Shown here: piece after piece, positions 47,082 to 56,183 of the stretch
How the letters are laid out: each line of letters begins with the position of its first letter
Numbering within the stretch: position 1 is the stretch's first letter
Assembly: GCA_965217185.1 (NCBI GenBank)
Contig: OZ244252.1
Location: 2,720,001 to 2,784,000, forward strand
Direction of reading: 5' to 3'
From: an uncultured Candidatus Entotheonella sp.
GTDB taxonomy: Bacteria > Tectomicrobia > Entotheonellia > Entotheonellales > Entotheonellaceae
Length of the DNA: 64,000 nt
Program-made: the position numbers and the translations under genes
The notes under the pieces: generated by a model
The model's input: only the letters and a program-made list of their open reading frames with translations
Told to the model about the DNA's origin: nothing
The model's database searches: none

Positions 47082-47155
47082 ATACGATTCGTCTCTGACC
47101 TCCTCGTCGCTCAAGGCGCGATCAATACCTCTTAGGCAAATCTCAAACTCCTCGA

Positions 47156-47512
47156 CTATGCCCTTTGAAACTGCTGGCGAAGCACCTCAACGCGCGCCCG
47201 GTTAGCGCCGAAGTCGTAGTAGCCGAGCCGCGACGCGGAACGCACGTGGATTACGCCGTCCACGCGGTACAGACAGCACTTAAGGTCATCGGCAAACCCG
47301 AGTCGGGTCCGGCACACCGCATGGACGTACTCGTCCGTTGAAGTGGCGATGGCGGTGCGCGACATACCGGCCAACAGGTTCTTCAGCCGGGCGAAGGCGG
47401 CCTCGGGATCCCCTGACACGGCGAATGGCTCGACGCGGTGACGAACCGGGGCGTCGTCCCGGCTGCAGACACAATTGGGACGATTTCCACAGGGCGCGAG
47501 TTGGTCACACAT
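47156..47512 (-). CDS. DUF1499 protein
   Basis: LAPC...PNCV.S, F.DD, RSASRLGY.DFG.NR.R. Confidence 0.82.
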   Translation of the reverse strand: MCDQLAPCGNRPNCVCSRDDAPVRHRVEPFAVSGDPEAAFARLKNLLAGMSRTAIATSTDEYVHAVCRTRLGFADDLKCCLYRVDGVIHVRSASRLGYYDFGANRARVEVLRQQFQRA

Positions 47513-47583
47513 GATCTTCACCCGCTCATGAAGGTTTTCTTGCGCCCCACCGGGTTTTACCTCACTCCCTATAGACTCAGGAC

Positions 47584-47901
47584 TCAGGGATGCGGCCCCC
47601 AAGGCGAGGCGAACAGGAGCTTGTTCTCCTGCGTCAGGATCATGGGACGCAGCTTGCCGGCGAAGGCCATGAAATCCGTGTCAGCGAATACCGCAGCCCA
47701 GTGCTGCCGCCGGTCGGCGTCGTCCTCGAATTTCCACAGATGAACCAGCTGGTTCATCGCGCCGATGTCGCCGGTGAAGTACCCGACAAGCTTGTCTTCG
47801 TACTTCTGAAGCGCCGGCCATCCCTCCGAGTGGTATAGCGACACGGCCTCGCCCAGCCTGCCAACGTGAAAGGTGTACGTACGCAATTCATAAAGCGCCA
47901 C
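47584..47901 (-). CDS. NIPSNAP-family protein
   Basis: YELRTY, G..NQLVHLW, R...W. Confidence 0.88.
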   Translation of the reverse strand: MALYELRTYTFHVGRLGEAVSLYHSEGWPALQKYEDKLVGYFTGDIGAMNQLVHLWKFEDDADRRQHWAAVFADTDFMAFAGKLRPMILTQENKLLFASPWGPHP

Positions 47902-48003
47902 GGTGTTCTCCCAACCGAGTTGAATAATAGGGGTTACGCATCGTGAGATGCCCGCGCACAGCATAAACGAAAGCCCCCGCCGATTCTACGCCGTCCCCTG
48001 CCC

Positions 48004-48032
48004 TTGTTGCCGACCCCACGCGGACCTATACT
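48004..48032 (+). promoter_or_regulatory. Putative sigma70 promoter of selD
   Basis: TTGTTG-17 nt-TATACT. Confidence 0.5.
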
Positions 48033-48134
48033 TGCCGGACGCCTGGGCAACCGGGTGCAAACACCCGATGAAACAAGCAACCCGCCGCCGCGTGCCCGAG
48101 CGCTCGGGCACGATGGTTCCCAGCAGGATTCAGC

Positions 48135-50399
48135 ATGCAGAATGGTTCAACGCCCGTTGTCAAAGATTTGGTCCTGCTTGGGGGCGGTCACAGCCACGTC
48201 ACGGTTCTCAAACAGTTCGGCATGCGGCCGGTGCCCGGCGTTCGCCTCACGCTCATCTGCCGCGACGTCCACACCCCTTATTCGGGCATGCTGCCGGGCT
48301 TTGTCGCCGGCCATTACGACTACGACGGCATTCATATCGACCTGGGGCCGCTGGCGCGTTTTGCCGGCGCCCGGTTGTACCATGACGAGGTGACTGGCCT
48401 TGATCCGGTCAACCGGCGTATCCGCTGCGGCAATCGGCCGGACGTGTCCTACGACGTGCTGTCGATCAATACCGGCTCCACGCCCGACTTCTCGCAGGTG
48501 CCGGGTGCAGACAAGTTCGTGGTGCCGGTGAAGCCCATCAATAATTTCCTGTCCCGCTGGGAGCGCTTGGTGCACCGCGTGCTGGCGGCCCGCGGCGTGG
48601 CGCGCATCGGCGTTGTCGGCGCCGGTGCCGGCGGCGTCGAACTGACGCTGGCCATGCAGTGCCGCCTGGAGCAATTGTGCCGGGAAGCCGGATACCAAGC
48701 ACAACTGACCTTTCACCTCTTCAGCCGCACCGACTCCATCCTGCCAACGCACAACCAACGGGTACAGACGACGTTTCAGCGGCTTTTGGCCGAACGCGGC
48801 GTACACCTCCACGCGCCACGCCGTGTGGCCCGGTTGTGGGAAAACGGCCTCGGCTGTGAGGACGGCAGCGCACATGAACTCGAAGAAATACTCTGGGTGA
48901 CTAACGCCGCGGCGCCGTGCTGGCCGGCAGACGCCGGGCTTGCGGTGGATGCGCATGGCTTCATCCGCCTCAACGACGCTTTGCAATCGGTGTCGCACAC
49001 CGACATCTTTGCCGCCGGCGACGTAGCCACGGTGGAGACCCACCCACGCGAAAAGGCCGGGGTGTTTGCGGTACGCCAGGGCCCGCCGCTCGCCCGCAAT
49101 CTGCGCCGCGTCTTGCTGGGGCAGCCGCCGCAACCCTTTGCGCCTCAGAAGCAGTGGCTCAGTCTCATCAGCACGGGCGACAAATACGCCGTGGCGTCGC
49201 GCGGCAGGTGGTCTCTGAAAGGCCGTTTGATCTGGCGCTGGAAGGACTGGATCGACCGTCGCTTCATGGACAAGTTCAACGTGCTGCCGGAGATGCGAGA
49301 GACACCTGCCGTCGATCTGACGCCGGGACTGGCGGACGCCGACGTGATGCGGGAAATCTCTGCTATGGCCATGCGCTGCGGCGGCTGCGGGGCCAAAGTT
49401 GGCGCGACGACTCTCGACCGTGCCCTGGCACAATTGCAGCCGTTGCAGCGCGACGATGTCGTCGTCGGCCTGAACCACCCCGATGATGCCGCAGTGGTCG
49501 AGGTGCCGTCCCAGAAAGTGATGGTGCACACCGTCGATTTCTTCCGCGCCCTCGTCGACGACCCTTACGTCTTCGGCAAAATCGCTGCCCAGCACAGCTT
49601 GGGGGATATCTTCGCCATGGGTGCCGAGGGCCAGACGGCCCTGGCCATTGCCACCGTTCCCTACGGCCTCGAACAGAAAACCGAGGACACCCTGTCACAG
49701 ATGCTGCAAGGCGCGGAGGTAGTGCTGCACGACGCCGGGGTGGCGCTGGTCGGCGGGCACACCAGTGAAGGCGCCGAATTGTCGTTGGGCTTCGCCATCA
49801 ATGGTCTTGCCGAACGGGCCAGTCTGCTACGCAAGGGCGGTATGCAGCCCGGCGACCGCCTCATCCTCACCAAGCCTTTGGGCACCGGCACGCTCTTCGC
49901 CGCTGATATGCGGCTCAAGGCCAAGGGCCGCTGGGTCAGCGCTGCCTTAGCGTCGATGCTGCTGTCGAGCCGCGCGGCGGCGGCATGCCTGAGGCGATAT
50001 GGCGTCACGGCCTGTACTGACGTGACCGGCTTTGGCCTCCTCGGCCATCTCGTCGAAATGACCCGCGCTTCACAAGTCGGCGCCTGCCTCGAGTTGAGTA
50101 AATTGCCCGTTCTCGACGGTGCCGAGGAGACCGTTGCAGCGGGGATTTTCAGTACCCTGCAGCCGCAGAACGTGCGTCTGCGCCGCGCCATTCGCGACCT
50201 CGATTCCGCTGCGCAGGCGCTCCGCTACCCGTTGCTTTTCGATCCCCAGACCGCCGGCGGTCTGTTGGCCAGTGTCCCGGCGGACCAAGCTACCGCGTGT
50301 CTTGCCGAGTTGCAGGCGCTAGGATACGAGCACGCGGCGATCATCGGTACGGTTGAGCAACATCCCGATCACCTGGAACCTATTGCGTTGAAGACCTGA
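48135..50399 (+). CDS. selD: Pyridine nucleotide-disulfide oxidoreductase / selenophosphate synthetase fusion
   Basis: N-terminal GGGHSH, YSGMLPG, GAGAGGVE, FAAGD; C-terminal RCGGCGAK, DDAA, TVDFF, GGHT, TDVTGFGL.GH, DPQT.GGLL. Confidence 0.95.
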   Translation: MQNGSTPVVKDLVLLGGGHSHVTVLKQFGMRPVPGVRLTLICRDVHTPYSGMLPGFVAGHYDYDGIHIDLGPLARFAGARLYHDEVTGLDPVNRRIRCGNRPDVSYDVLSINTGSTPDFSQVPGADKFVVPVKPINNFLSRWERLVHRVLAARGVARIGVVGAGAGGVELTLAMQCRLEQLCREAGYQAQLTFHLFSRTDSILPTHNQRVQTTFQRLLAERGVHLHAPRRVARLWENGLGCEDGSAHELEEILWVTNAAAPCWPADAGLAVDAHGFIRLNDALQSVSHTDIFAAGDVATVETHPREKAGVFAVRQGPPLARNLRRVLLGQPPQPFAPQKQWLSLISTGDKYAVASRGRWSLKGRLIWRWKDWIDRRFMDKFNVLPEMRETPAVDLTPGLADADVMREISAMAMRCGGCGAKVGATTLDRALAQLQPLQRDDVVVGLNHPDDAAVVEVPSQKVMVHTVDFFRALVDDPYVFGKIAAQHSLGDIFAMGAEGQTALAIATVPYGLEQKTEDTLSQMLQGAEVVLHDAGVALVGGHTSEGAELSLGFAINGLAERASLLRKGGMQPGDRLILTKPLGTGTLFAADMRLKAKGRWVSAALASMLLSSRAAAACLRRYGVTACTDVTGFGLLGHLVEMTRASQVGACLELSKLPVLDGAEETVAAGIFSTLQPQNVRLRRAIRDLDSAAQALRYPLLFDPQTAGGLLASVPADQATACLAELQALGYEHAAIIGTVEQHPDHLEPIALKT

Positions 50400-50492
50400 A
50401 TGGTAGACCATAATCCACATCACTCCGATTCATCCACTGCGGCTTGGCCGCGGCGCGGCCAAGCCCTGGTTGGACAACATAGGAGAGGAGTT

Positions 50493-52190
50493 ATGTATCG
50501 AATCATCGCGATTGTGTTGCTGCTGGCCGTTAAGTCAGCGAGTGCGGTGGATTTCTGGGCTGGTTCTACGTATTACTTGAGGGGCGACTTTACGGCCGCC
50601 CTGCGGGAGTGGCGCCCGCTGGCCGAGGAAGGGGACGCCCAGGCACAGTATTACCTGGGCATCATGTACACCAACGGTGAAGGAGTGCCCGAGGACGACC
50701 GCCAGGCCGTTTACTGGTTCCAGAAATCGGCAAGGCAAGGGAATTCCCAGTCGCAGTATCACCTGGGTACCCTATACGCCAACGGTACGGGAGTTCCCGA
50801 GGACGACCCCCAAGCCGTGAACTGGTTTCGGAAATCGGCCGAGCAAGGGGACGCCCGGGCGCAGTTTAACCTGGGGGTGATGTACGAATTCGGCGAGGGG
50901 GTTCCTGAGGACGACCGCCAAGCCGTGAACTGGTACCGTCAGGCAGCCGAGCAAGGACACGCCCGGGCGCAGTTCGGCCTGGGACTGATGTACGCGGACG
51001 GTGCCGGAGTTCCCCGAGACAACGTTCGAGCTTACGCGTGGTTCAATCTCGCCGCTGGGAGAGGTGATGAGCGGGTCCAGCAACTGGCCAAAAAACGGAA
51101 GACAACGCTCCGTGAAGAGATGACCCCCACCCAGATTATCGAGGCTCAGCTTCTCAGCGGCGTGATCGCAGACCATATCGACCGTGCTGCGGGGATTGAC
51201 CGTCCCCAGCCAGTCCCGCCCTCCAGCCTGGCGCAACCGAATGACGCACAGGTTCAAGCGCCTAGCGCCCCTGCACCCGCCGTTAGCCCGCTGCAGGATA
51301 CCGTACGTCAATCACAAATTTATCTTGCGGCTCTCGGCTTTGACCCGGGTCCGGCGGACGGCCTGATTGGCAAGCGTACCCGGACTGCAGTGCAGCATTT
51401 TCAGCGCCGGGCCGGGCTCACGCCGACCGGCCGGATAACGGATGAGCTTCTGCGGCTGCTTCAGGCCGCGGTCACGCAGGGGCAGGAGAGACAGGCTGCC
51501 GAAGTGCCGGCCAGGCCCGAAACAACCGGCTCCGGGAGTGGTTTTGTGGTCAGCCGCACCGGTGAGATTTTGACCAGCCACCACGCCGTCGAAAGGTGCG
51601 CCACCGGTGCGACGATTACGTTTGGGGACATCTCCCGTCACGCCATGGTTCAGGCGCAGGACACCGAGAACGATTTGGCCCTGCTTGTGGTGCCTTCCGA
51701 AGAGTCCTGTGCGTGGTGGAGCCCGACCTGCTCGGCCGTGTTCGACAGGCCGGCGTCATTCAGCGAGTTGCCCCGCGCCAGTCTAGGTGCGGAGGTCGCG
51801 GTGGCGGGATATCCCCTGAAGGGATTGCTGGCGCCAACCCTTAACGTCACACGGGGAAACGTCAGTTCTCTGACTGGTCTCGGCAACGAGGCGAAGTGGT
51901 TGCAGATCAGCGCGCCGGTTCAGAGCGGCAACAGCGGCGGTCCGGTGCTGGATAACGCCGGGAACGTTATCGGCGTTGTGACGGCGAAACTCAACGCCGT
52001 CCGCACAGCGCAGGAAACCGGCGACGTTCCTCAGAACGTCAACTTTGCCCTCAAAGGCGCCATCGTACGCAGCTTCCTCGAAATCCACGGCATCGAATAC
52101 AGCCGCCAACCGTCCGACGAGGCACTCACGCCAGAGGACTTGGCGACACTGGCGCACGGCTTTACCGTGGCAGTCACCTGCCAGGAGTAG
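50493..52190 (+). CDS. Secreted Sel1-repeat + peptidoglycan-binding + trypsin-like serine protease
   Basis: Signal peptide; AQ..LG.MY..G.GVP.D repeats; LG.DPGPADG..G.RT; GSGF, H in LTSHH, D in NDLALL, GNSGGP. Confidence 0.9.
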   Translation: MYRIIAIVLLLAVKSASAVDFWAGSTYYLRGDFTAALREWRPLAEEGDAQAQYYLGIMYTNGEGVPEDDRQAVYWFQKSARQGNSQSQYHLGTLYANGTGVPEDDPQAVNWFRKSAEQGDARAQFNLGVMYEFGEGVPEDDRQAVNWYRQAAEQGHARAQFGLGLMYADGAGVPRDNVRAYAWFNLAAGRGDERVQQLAKKRKTTLREEMTPTQIIEAQLLSGVIADHIDRAAGIDRPQPVPPSSLAQPNDAQVQAPSAPAPAVSPLQDTVRQSQIYLAALGFDPGPADGLIGKRTRTAVQHFQRRAGLTPTGRITDELLRLLQAAVTQGQERQAAEVPARPETTGSGSGFVVSRTGEILTSHHAVERCATGATITFGDISRHAMVQAQDTENDLALLVVPSEESCAWWSPTCSAVFDRPASFSELPRASLGAEVAVAGYPLKGLLAPTLNVTRGNVSSLTGLGNEAKWLQISAPVQSGNSGGPVLDNAGNVIGVVTAKLNAVRTAQETGDVPQNVNFALKGAIVRSFLEIHGIEYSRQPSDEALTPEDLATLAHGFTVAVTCQE

Positions 52191-52205
52191 CCGAGGCCCG
52201 CCAAA

Positions 52206-52252
52206 AAAAGAGCCGTATGCAGGGAATGATTCCCGCTGCATACGGCTCTTTT
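52206..52252. terminator. Bidirectional intrinsic terminator between convergent genes
   Basis: 17-bp perfect stem AAAAGAGCCGTATGCAG / CTGCATACGGCTCTTTT. Confidence 0.85.
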
Positions 52253-52280
52253 GCCTTCACGCCTTGGGCGTTACGTCGTT

Positions 52281-53309
52281 TTAGGTGAAATACGTATCCG
52301 ACGCGGCCGCCGCCAAGAAATTTTCCTGAAAATGCTCAGCGCTTTGCATATCGGCGTTAACCACATCAAGCCCGTGCGCCAGCACGTAGGCGTAACTGCG
52401 CTGGAAGGTCGTCAGGTTCGCTGCCATGAGCTTATCGTTGTACAAATGGTCATAGGCTCTCGGCTTGGCGCGCGTGAGTCTCCTACCGGCCAAGTAACGC
52501 CCCGCCTTCATACCGATCAATCCAATGCCGGCGGCCCGCGCCCGGGCCAGCATCGGCTGCAAGTCGCGCATCAACGGCGTGCCTGCCACGATGCGCCGGC
52601 TCGGATTGTCGTACCAACCCGCCGGCGTAATGGCGATTTGCGCCAGGGTATACCAGCCGGTTTCGATTGCCACCTCCAGAAGCGCGGCAGCGTTCTCGTG
52701 CGTGCTGATACCGAAATACGACACCTTGCCTGCCTGCCGCGCCGTCTCGAATGCGTTGTACACTTCCTCGCTGCCAACCAAGGCGGCGTTGTTTACGCCC
52801 ATGAGATAGTAGGCGTCCACGTGGTCGACCTGCAATTCCGACAGGCTGTTGTCGAGATAGGCGGACCAAGCCTGGGCAGCCTCTCGCGCCTGAGCCACGG
52901 TCAAGGTATCGGACGGCTTCAGCTTCCCACCGACCTTGGCCTTGGAGATCAGAAAAATATCCTGCCGACGTCTCTTCAAGAAGGGCGCCATATTCTTCTC
53001 GGCGTCCTTGTAGAACCCGCGGAAGCCCACGTCGAAAACGTTGATGCCGGCCTCGAACGCCGGCTCCAAGAGGTGAACCGCCTGCCCGCGGGAGAGTGCT
53101 GAGCCGCAGCCGAACACCAGCCGGCTGGCCTTGAAGCCGGTACCGCCGAGCGTCCGATAGGTCATCGCCGGTGCTGCTGGCGTCGCTGCGGCCGGGGCCG
53201 CGGCCGCCCCGTGGTGCAGGGCGTGCGCCACACCGGAACGCCAAGCTTGGCTTCCGAGCCCGATCCATGCCATCAATTGCAGAAAGTGACGACGTGTTTG
53301 CCGTGCCAT
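52281..53309 (-). CDS. Tat-exported aldo/keto reductase-like protein
   Basis: TRRHFL signal; YRTLG.TG...S.L.FG, SL..LQ.DHVD.Y, G.STH, I.MK. Confidence 0.82.
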   Translation of the reverse strand: MARQTRRHFLQLMAWIGLGSQAWRSGVAHALHHGAAAAPAAATPAAPAMTYRTLGGTGFKASRLVFGCGSALSRGQAVHLLEPAFEAGINVFDVGFRGFYKDAEKNMAPFLKRRRQDIFLISKAKVGGKLKPSDTLTVAQAREAAQAWSAYLDNSLSELQVDHVDAYYLMGVNNAALVGSEEVYNAFETARQAGKVSYFGISTHENAAALLEVAIETGWYTLAQIAITPAGWYDNPSRRIVAGTPLMRDLQPMLARARAAGIGLIGMKAGRYLAGRRLTRAKPRAYDHLYNDKLMAANLTTFQRSYAYVLAHGLDVVNADMQSAEHFQENFLAAAASDTYFT

Positions 53310-53362
53310 CTATCTTGCCTCCTTTAAGTGATGAGTCCCGCCGTCCTTGACCGCGCGGGGAT

Positions 53363-54895
53363 TTAGTGCGAAATGAGAATCGTGTGCTCCCCGACCGTCG
53401 TGGTGATTTCCAATTCCCCGTCGACGATCGACCATTGCGCCGAGGGCTGGTCGTCGATCAGAACCCGAACATCGCGTCCGATGTTCCGCACCCGGAACGA
53501 CGTCGCGCTGCCTGCCGCGCGGGGCAGCCCGGCGTCCATGGACACAATGAGCGTGCGCTGGCTGGCATCGTACCACGCCTGCGACAGGCAGACGTCCGGA
53601 AAATCCACGCCGTAAACCGTCGGCTCGATAAACTTCCTCAGGTTTGGTTCATGATACAGACGCCAGAACGCCCCCGGGCTGCCAGCCTCGTGCACTGCGA
53701 TACTGGCGTTATATTGCCCGCGAGGATACCACTCGTTCAAGCCGAAGCCCCAAGTAAATTCGCCGCCTTCGCGGTCCCAGATGGGCTCGTAGTTGGCTTC
53801 GGCGTGGGCCTTCAGCCTGGCGAAAATGGCGTCCTCGCCGAACTCCCGTGCCAGCGTCAGGCCGCGAATGGTGCCGGAGGGCTCGCCCTTCAGGGTGGTG
53901 TAGTCCACCGATGCCTCCTGGAGCGGCTCAAGACTGCGCCAGCCCAGGAACTCGGCGGCCCCATCGAACAGCCGCCGCGCCTCGGCGGGCTTCTTGCCCG
54001 ATCAGCTCGTGCGCCAACAGCAGGTGCCCACCCGCCTTGGTCATGTGATGGTAAGCCACTAGCGGGTCATAATACAACGTCGAGCGGTCGGTGGCCTAGC
54101 CCTGAATTGCTCCCAGCCCATACAACTCCTTGGCGTGCTCCCACCAATTGTGGAATACCCGGTGCAGGTCGCTTCCGTAAAGCATTGTCGTGCAGCCTCA
54201 GACCGAGGCCGGCTCCAGCCAGTCACTGTGGCCAGATCTTGGTGTTTTCTCACTGGCAGCCTTCCGGCGACCTTGGACCACTGGTTCGCCAAGTACTCGG
54301 CAATGCCGGAATGCGTCCACGTGAAGGTGTTCTCGCCGTCCCGCACCATGTCGAAGGGCCGGTTCCACCTTTCGTCGCCGGACACGTACAGGTGAAAACC
54401 CAGCATCATCAGGAACCAGCCCTTGAAGAACAGGTTGCCGGCGGCGCCGATCGGGTCCATCTGCAGGCCCCACGGCTCGATGCCGTTCGCCGTCCAGCCC
54501 GGCACGTCGTACTGCCCGCGCAGGTGCTTGGGCATCAGCGTCTCGTGCCAGCCCTCGGGATAGCTGTCGCGCCGGGGGTCGGCGCCGGTCTGATCCAGCC
54601 AATCTCTGGCGGCGTGGTAGCCGGTGTGGCGGAACACCAGTTCATCCAGGATCGTGCTGTACACCTCGCGCCAAGCCGGGGTGGTATCGGCCATCAGCAC
54701 CACGGCGTGGCTGGATTCTCTGAGGTCCATGCGCGCCCACGAGGCGGTTGGCTCGCGGGAATACGAATCCCAATGCGGATGGGCCTCGCCGTCCTTGTCC
54801 CAATTGTCCGGTGTGGTCGCTTTTCGGTATAGGTAGCGTAGCCAGCCGCGACTCCTTTCAGACGTGGCGGCGTAACCGCGTACAGTTTTTGCCAT
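53363..54895 (-). pseudogene. Linalool dehydratase/isomerase-like protein with two predicted Sec codons; this copy is disrupted
   Basis: N and C ORFs are bridged by a hidden segment SPEGCQ-UGA-ENTKIWPQ-UGA-LAGAGLGLRLHD; frameshifts near 54271, 54186 and 53993; TAG at 54098-54096. Family call is from remembered motifs, not a search. Confidence 0.7.
54194..54236 (-). promoter_or_regulatory. Two tandem putative SECIS hairpins
   Basis: UCUGGCCA-CAGUGAC-UGGCUGGA (54236-54214) after UGA1; GGCCUC-GGUCU-GAGGCU (54210-54194) after UGA2. Confidence 0.6.
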
Positions 54896-54945
54896 TTCTG
54901 ATCTCCTCGGTTGAGACGACGCCCCTTCTTCTCCAAGGTCCCGTG

Positions 54946-56154
54946 TTACGCGTTGCCGTCGTCCATGATCAGCGCGCCCGAGGCTTGCAGCGCCGCGATG
55001 TCCGCCGCGTCGTAGCCGAGTTGGCGGGCAATCTCGGCGCCGTGCTCGCCGAAGCGTGGTGCGTGGCTACGGATGCTGCTGGGGGATTTCGAGAACCGTA
55101 CCGGCGAACGCACCAGCAGGGTATCGCCCTCGCTTGGATGGCGGTGCTTCTCGAACATGCCAACCGCCTGCAGGTGTTCGTCCTGCATCAGGTCCTCAAT
55201 GTCGGCAACCGGCATGCAGGGAATCTCAGCCTCTTCGCATATCGCCACCCACTCGGCGGTGGTCTTCTGCGGCGTGACGCTGGCGACGAAGCCGTACAGA
55301 TCGTCGACGCTCGTCACCCGCGCCCGGTAGGTGGCGAAGCGCGGCTCCTCCATCAACTCCGGGCGCCCGACAGCCGTGAAGAATCCCAGCCACTGCTTAT
55401 CGCTGTACGGCAGGATGCACACGTGGCCGTCGCGGGTCGGAAATGGCCGCCGTGCCGGCGTCAACACTCGTTGATAGCCAAGCGGAGCCATGGGCGGCTG
55501 GTAGGCGTAGCCATCCAGGTGCTCGACCAGATTGAACGCCACCATCGTTTCCAGCATGGGGACCTCAACGAACTGCCCTTCCCCCGTCCGCATCTTGTGC
55601 ACCAGAGCCATGGCAACCGCCTGGCTGAGCGTCAATCCGACGATCTTATCGGCGATGGTGGAAGGCACGTAACGCGCCTCTCCATCCTGCCGCTTGAATA
55701 GGCTGGCCAAGCCTGAGGCGGCCTGGATGGCGTCGTCATAGGCGGGCTTGGCGCGGTACGGACCGTCCTGCCCGAATCCGTACGCCCCGACGTACACCAC
55801 GTCGGACTTCAGCGCCGCCACCGCGGTGTAACCGAAACCGAGGCGCTCAATTGCCTGTGGGCGCATGTTGTGCACGAACACGTCCGCGGTCGGAATCAGG
55901 CGGCGCAGCACCTCGCGGCCGGCCTCCTGCTTCAGATCCAGCGCCAGCGACCGCTTGTTGCGATTGGCGTTGAGATAGATGCCGCCCATGCCGGCGCGGC
56001 GCACCGTGCCCATGTCGCGTGCAATGTCACCCGTGGGCGGCGCTTCCACCTTGATCACGTCGGCCCCCATGTCCCCCAGTATCTGGGTGCCGTAGGGGCC
56101 AAGCAGGACCGTGGTGACGTCAATTACGCGAATGCCGTCCAGGGAACCAGGCAC
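54946..56154 (-). CDS. CaiB/BaiF family III CoA-transferase
   Basis: L.GIRVID, GP.....L.DMGADVIKVE, NRNKRS..LDLK, D...QA.SG; GTG after AAGGAGG. Confidence 0.93.
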   Translation of the reverse strand: MPGSLDGIRVIDVTTVLLGPYGTQILGDMGADVIKVEAPPTGDIARDMGTVRRAGMGGIYLNANRNKRSLALDLKQEAGREVLRRLIPTADVFVHNMRPQAIERLGFGYTAVAALKSDVVYVGAYGFGQDGPYRAKPAYDDAIQAASGLASLFKRQDGEARYVPSTIADKIVGLTLSQAVAMALVHKMRTGEGQFVEVPMLETMVAFNLVEHLDGYAYQPPMAPLGYQRVLTPARRPFPTRDGHVCILPYSDKQWLGFFTAVGRPELMEEPRFATYRARVTSVDDLYGFVASVTPQKTTAEWVAICEEAEIPCMPVADIEDLMQDEHLQAVGMFEKHRHPSEGDTLLVRSPVRFSKSPSSIRSHAPRFGEHGAEIARQLGYDAADIAALQASGALIMDDGNA

Positions 56155-56183
56155 GTTTACCCTCCTTGCAAATCGTAAAAAGC

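Larger units (their letters stand above)
45016..47130 (-). pseudogene. Cytochrome P450 C-terminal remnant split by an IS
   Basis: Removing the IS rejoins LSDEEVRDESY/DMLLAGQETSANAL; EAHR, PERW and FGSGLRTCIG motifs; TAA at 45353-45351 and a frameshift near 45250; N-terminal half absent. Confidence 0.88.

Noticed and set aside
42736..47153. Possible inverted ends of a composite element (GAGGAGTT..GAGAT at 42736 vs its reverse complement near 47140-47153)
   Set aside because: Short gapped match; the left copy is better explained as the oxygenase RBS and start region
48043..48075. c-di-GMP-I riboswitch resemblance upstream of selD
   Set aside because: Only GGGCAA plus one hairpin; the GNRA loop/receptor and second-stem consensus are not matched
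49369..49400. SelD active site as a possible Sec position
   Set aside because: Both Cys codons in RCGGCGAK are TGC
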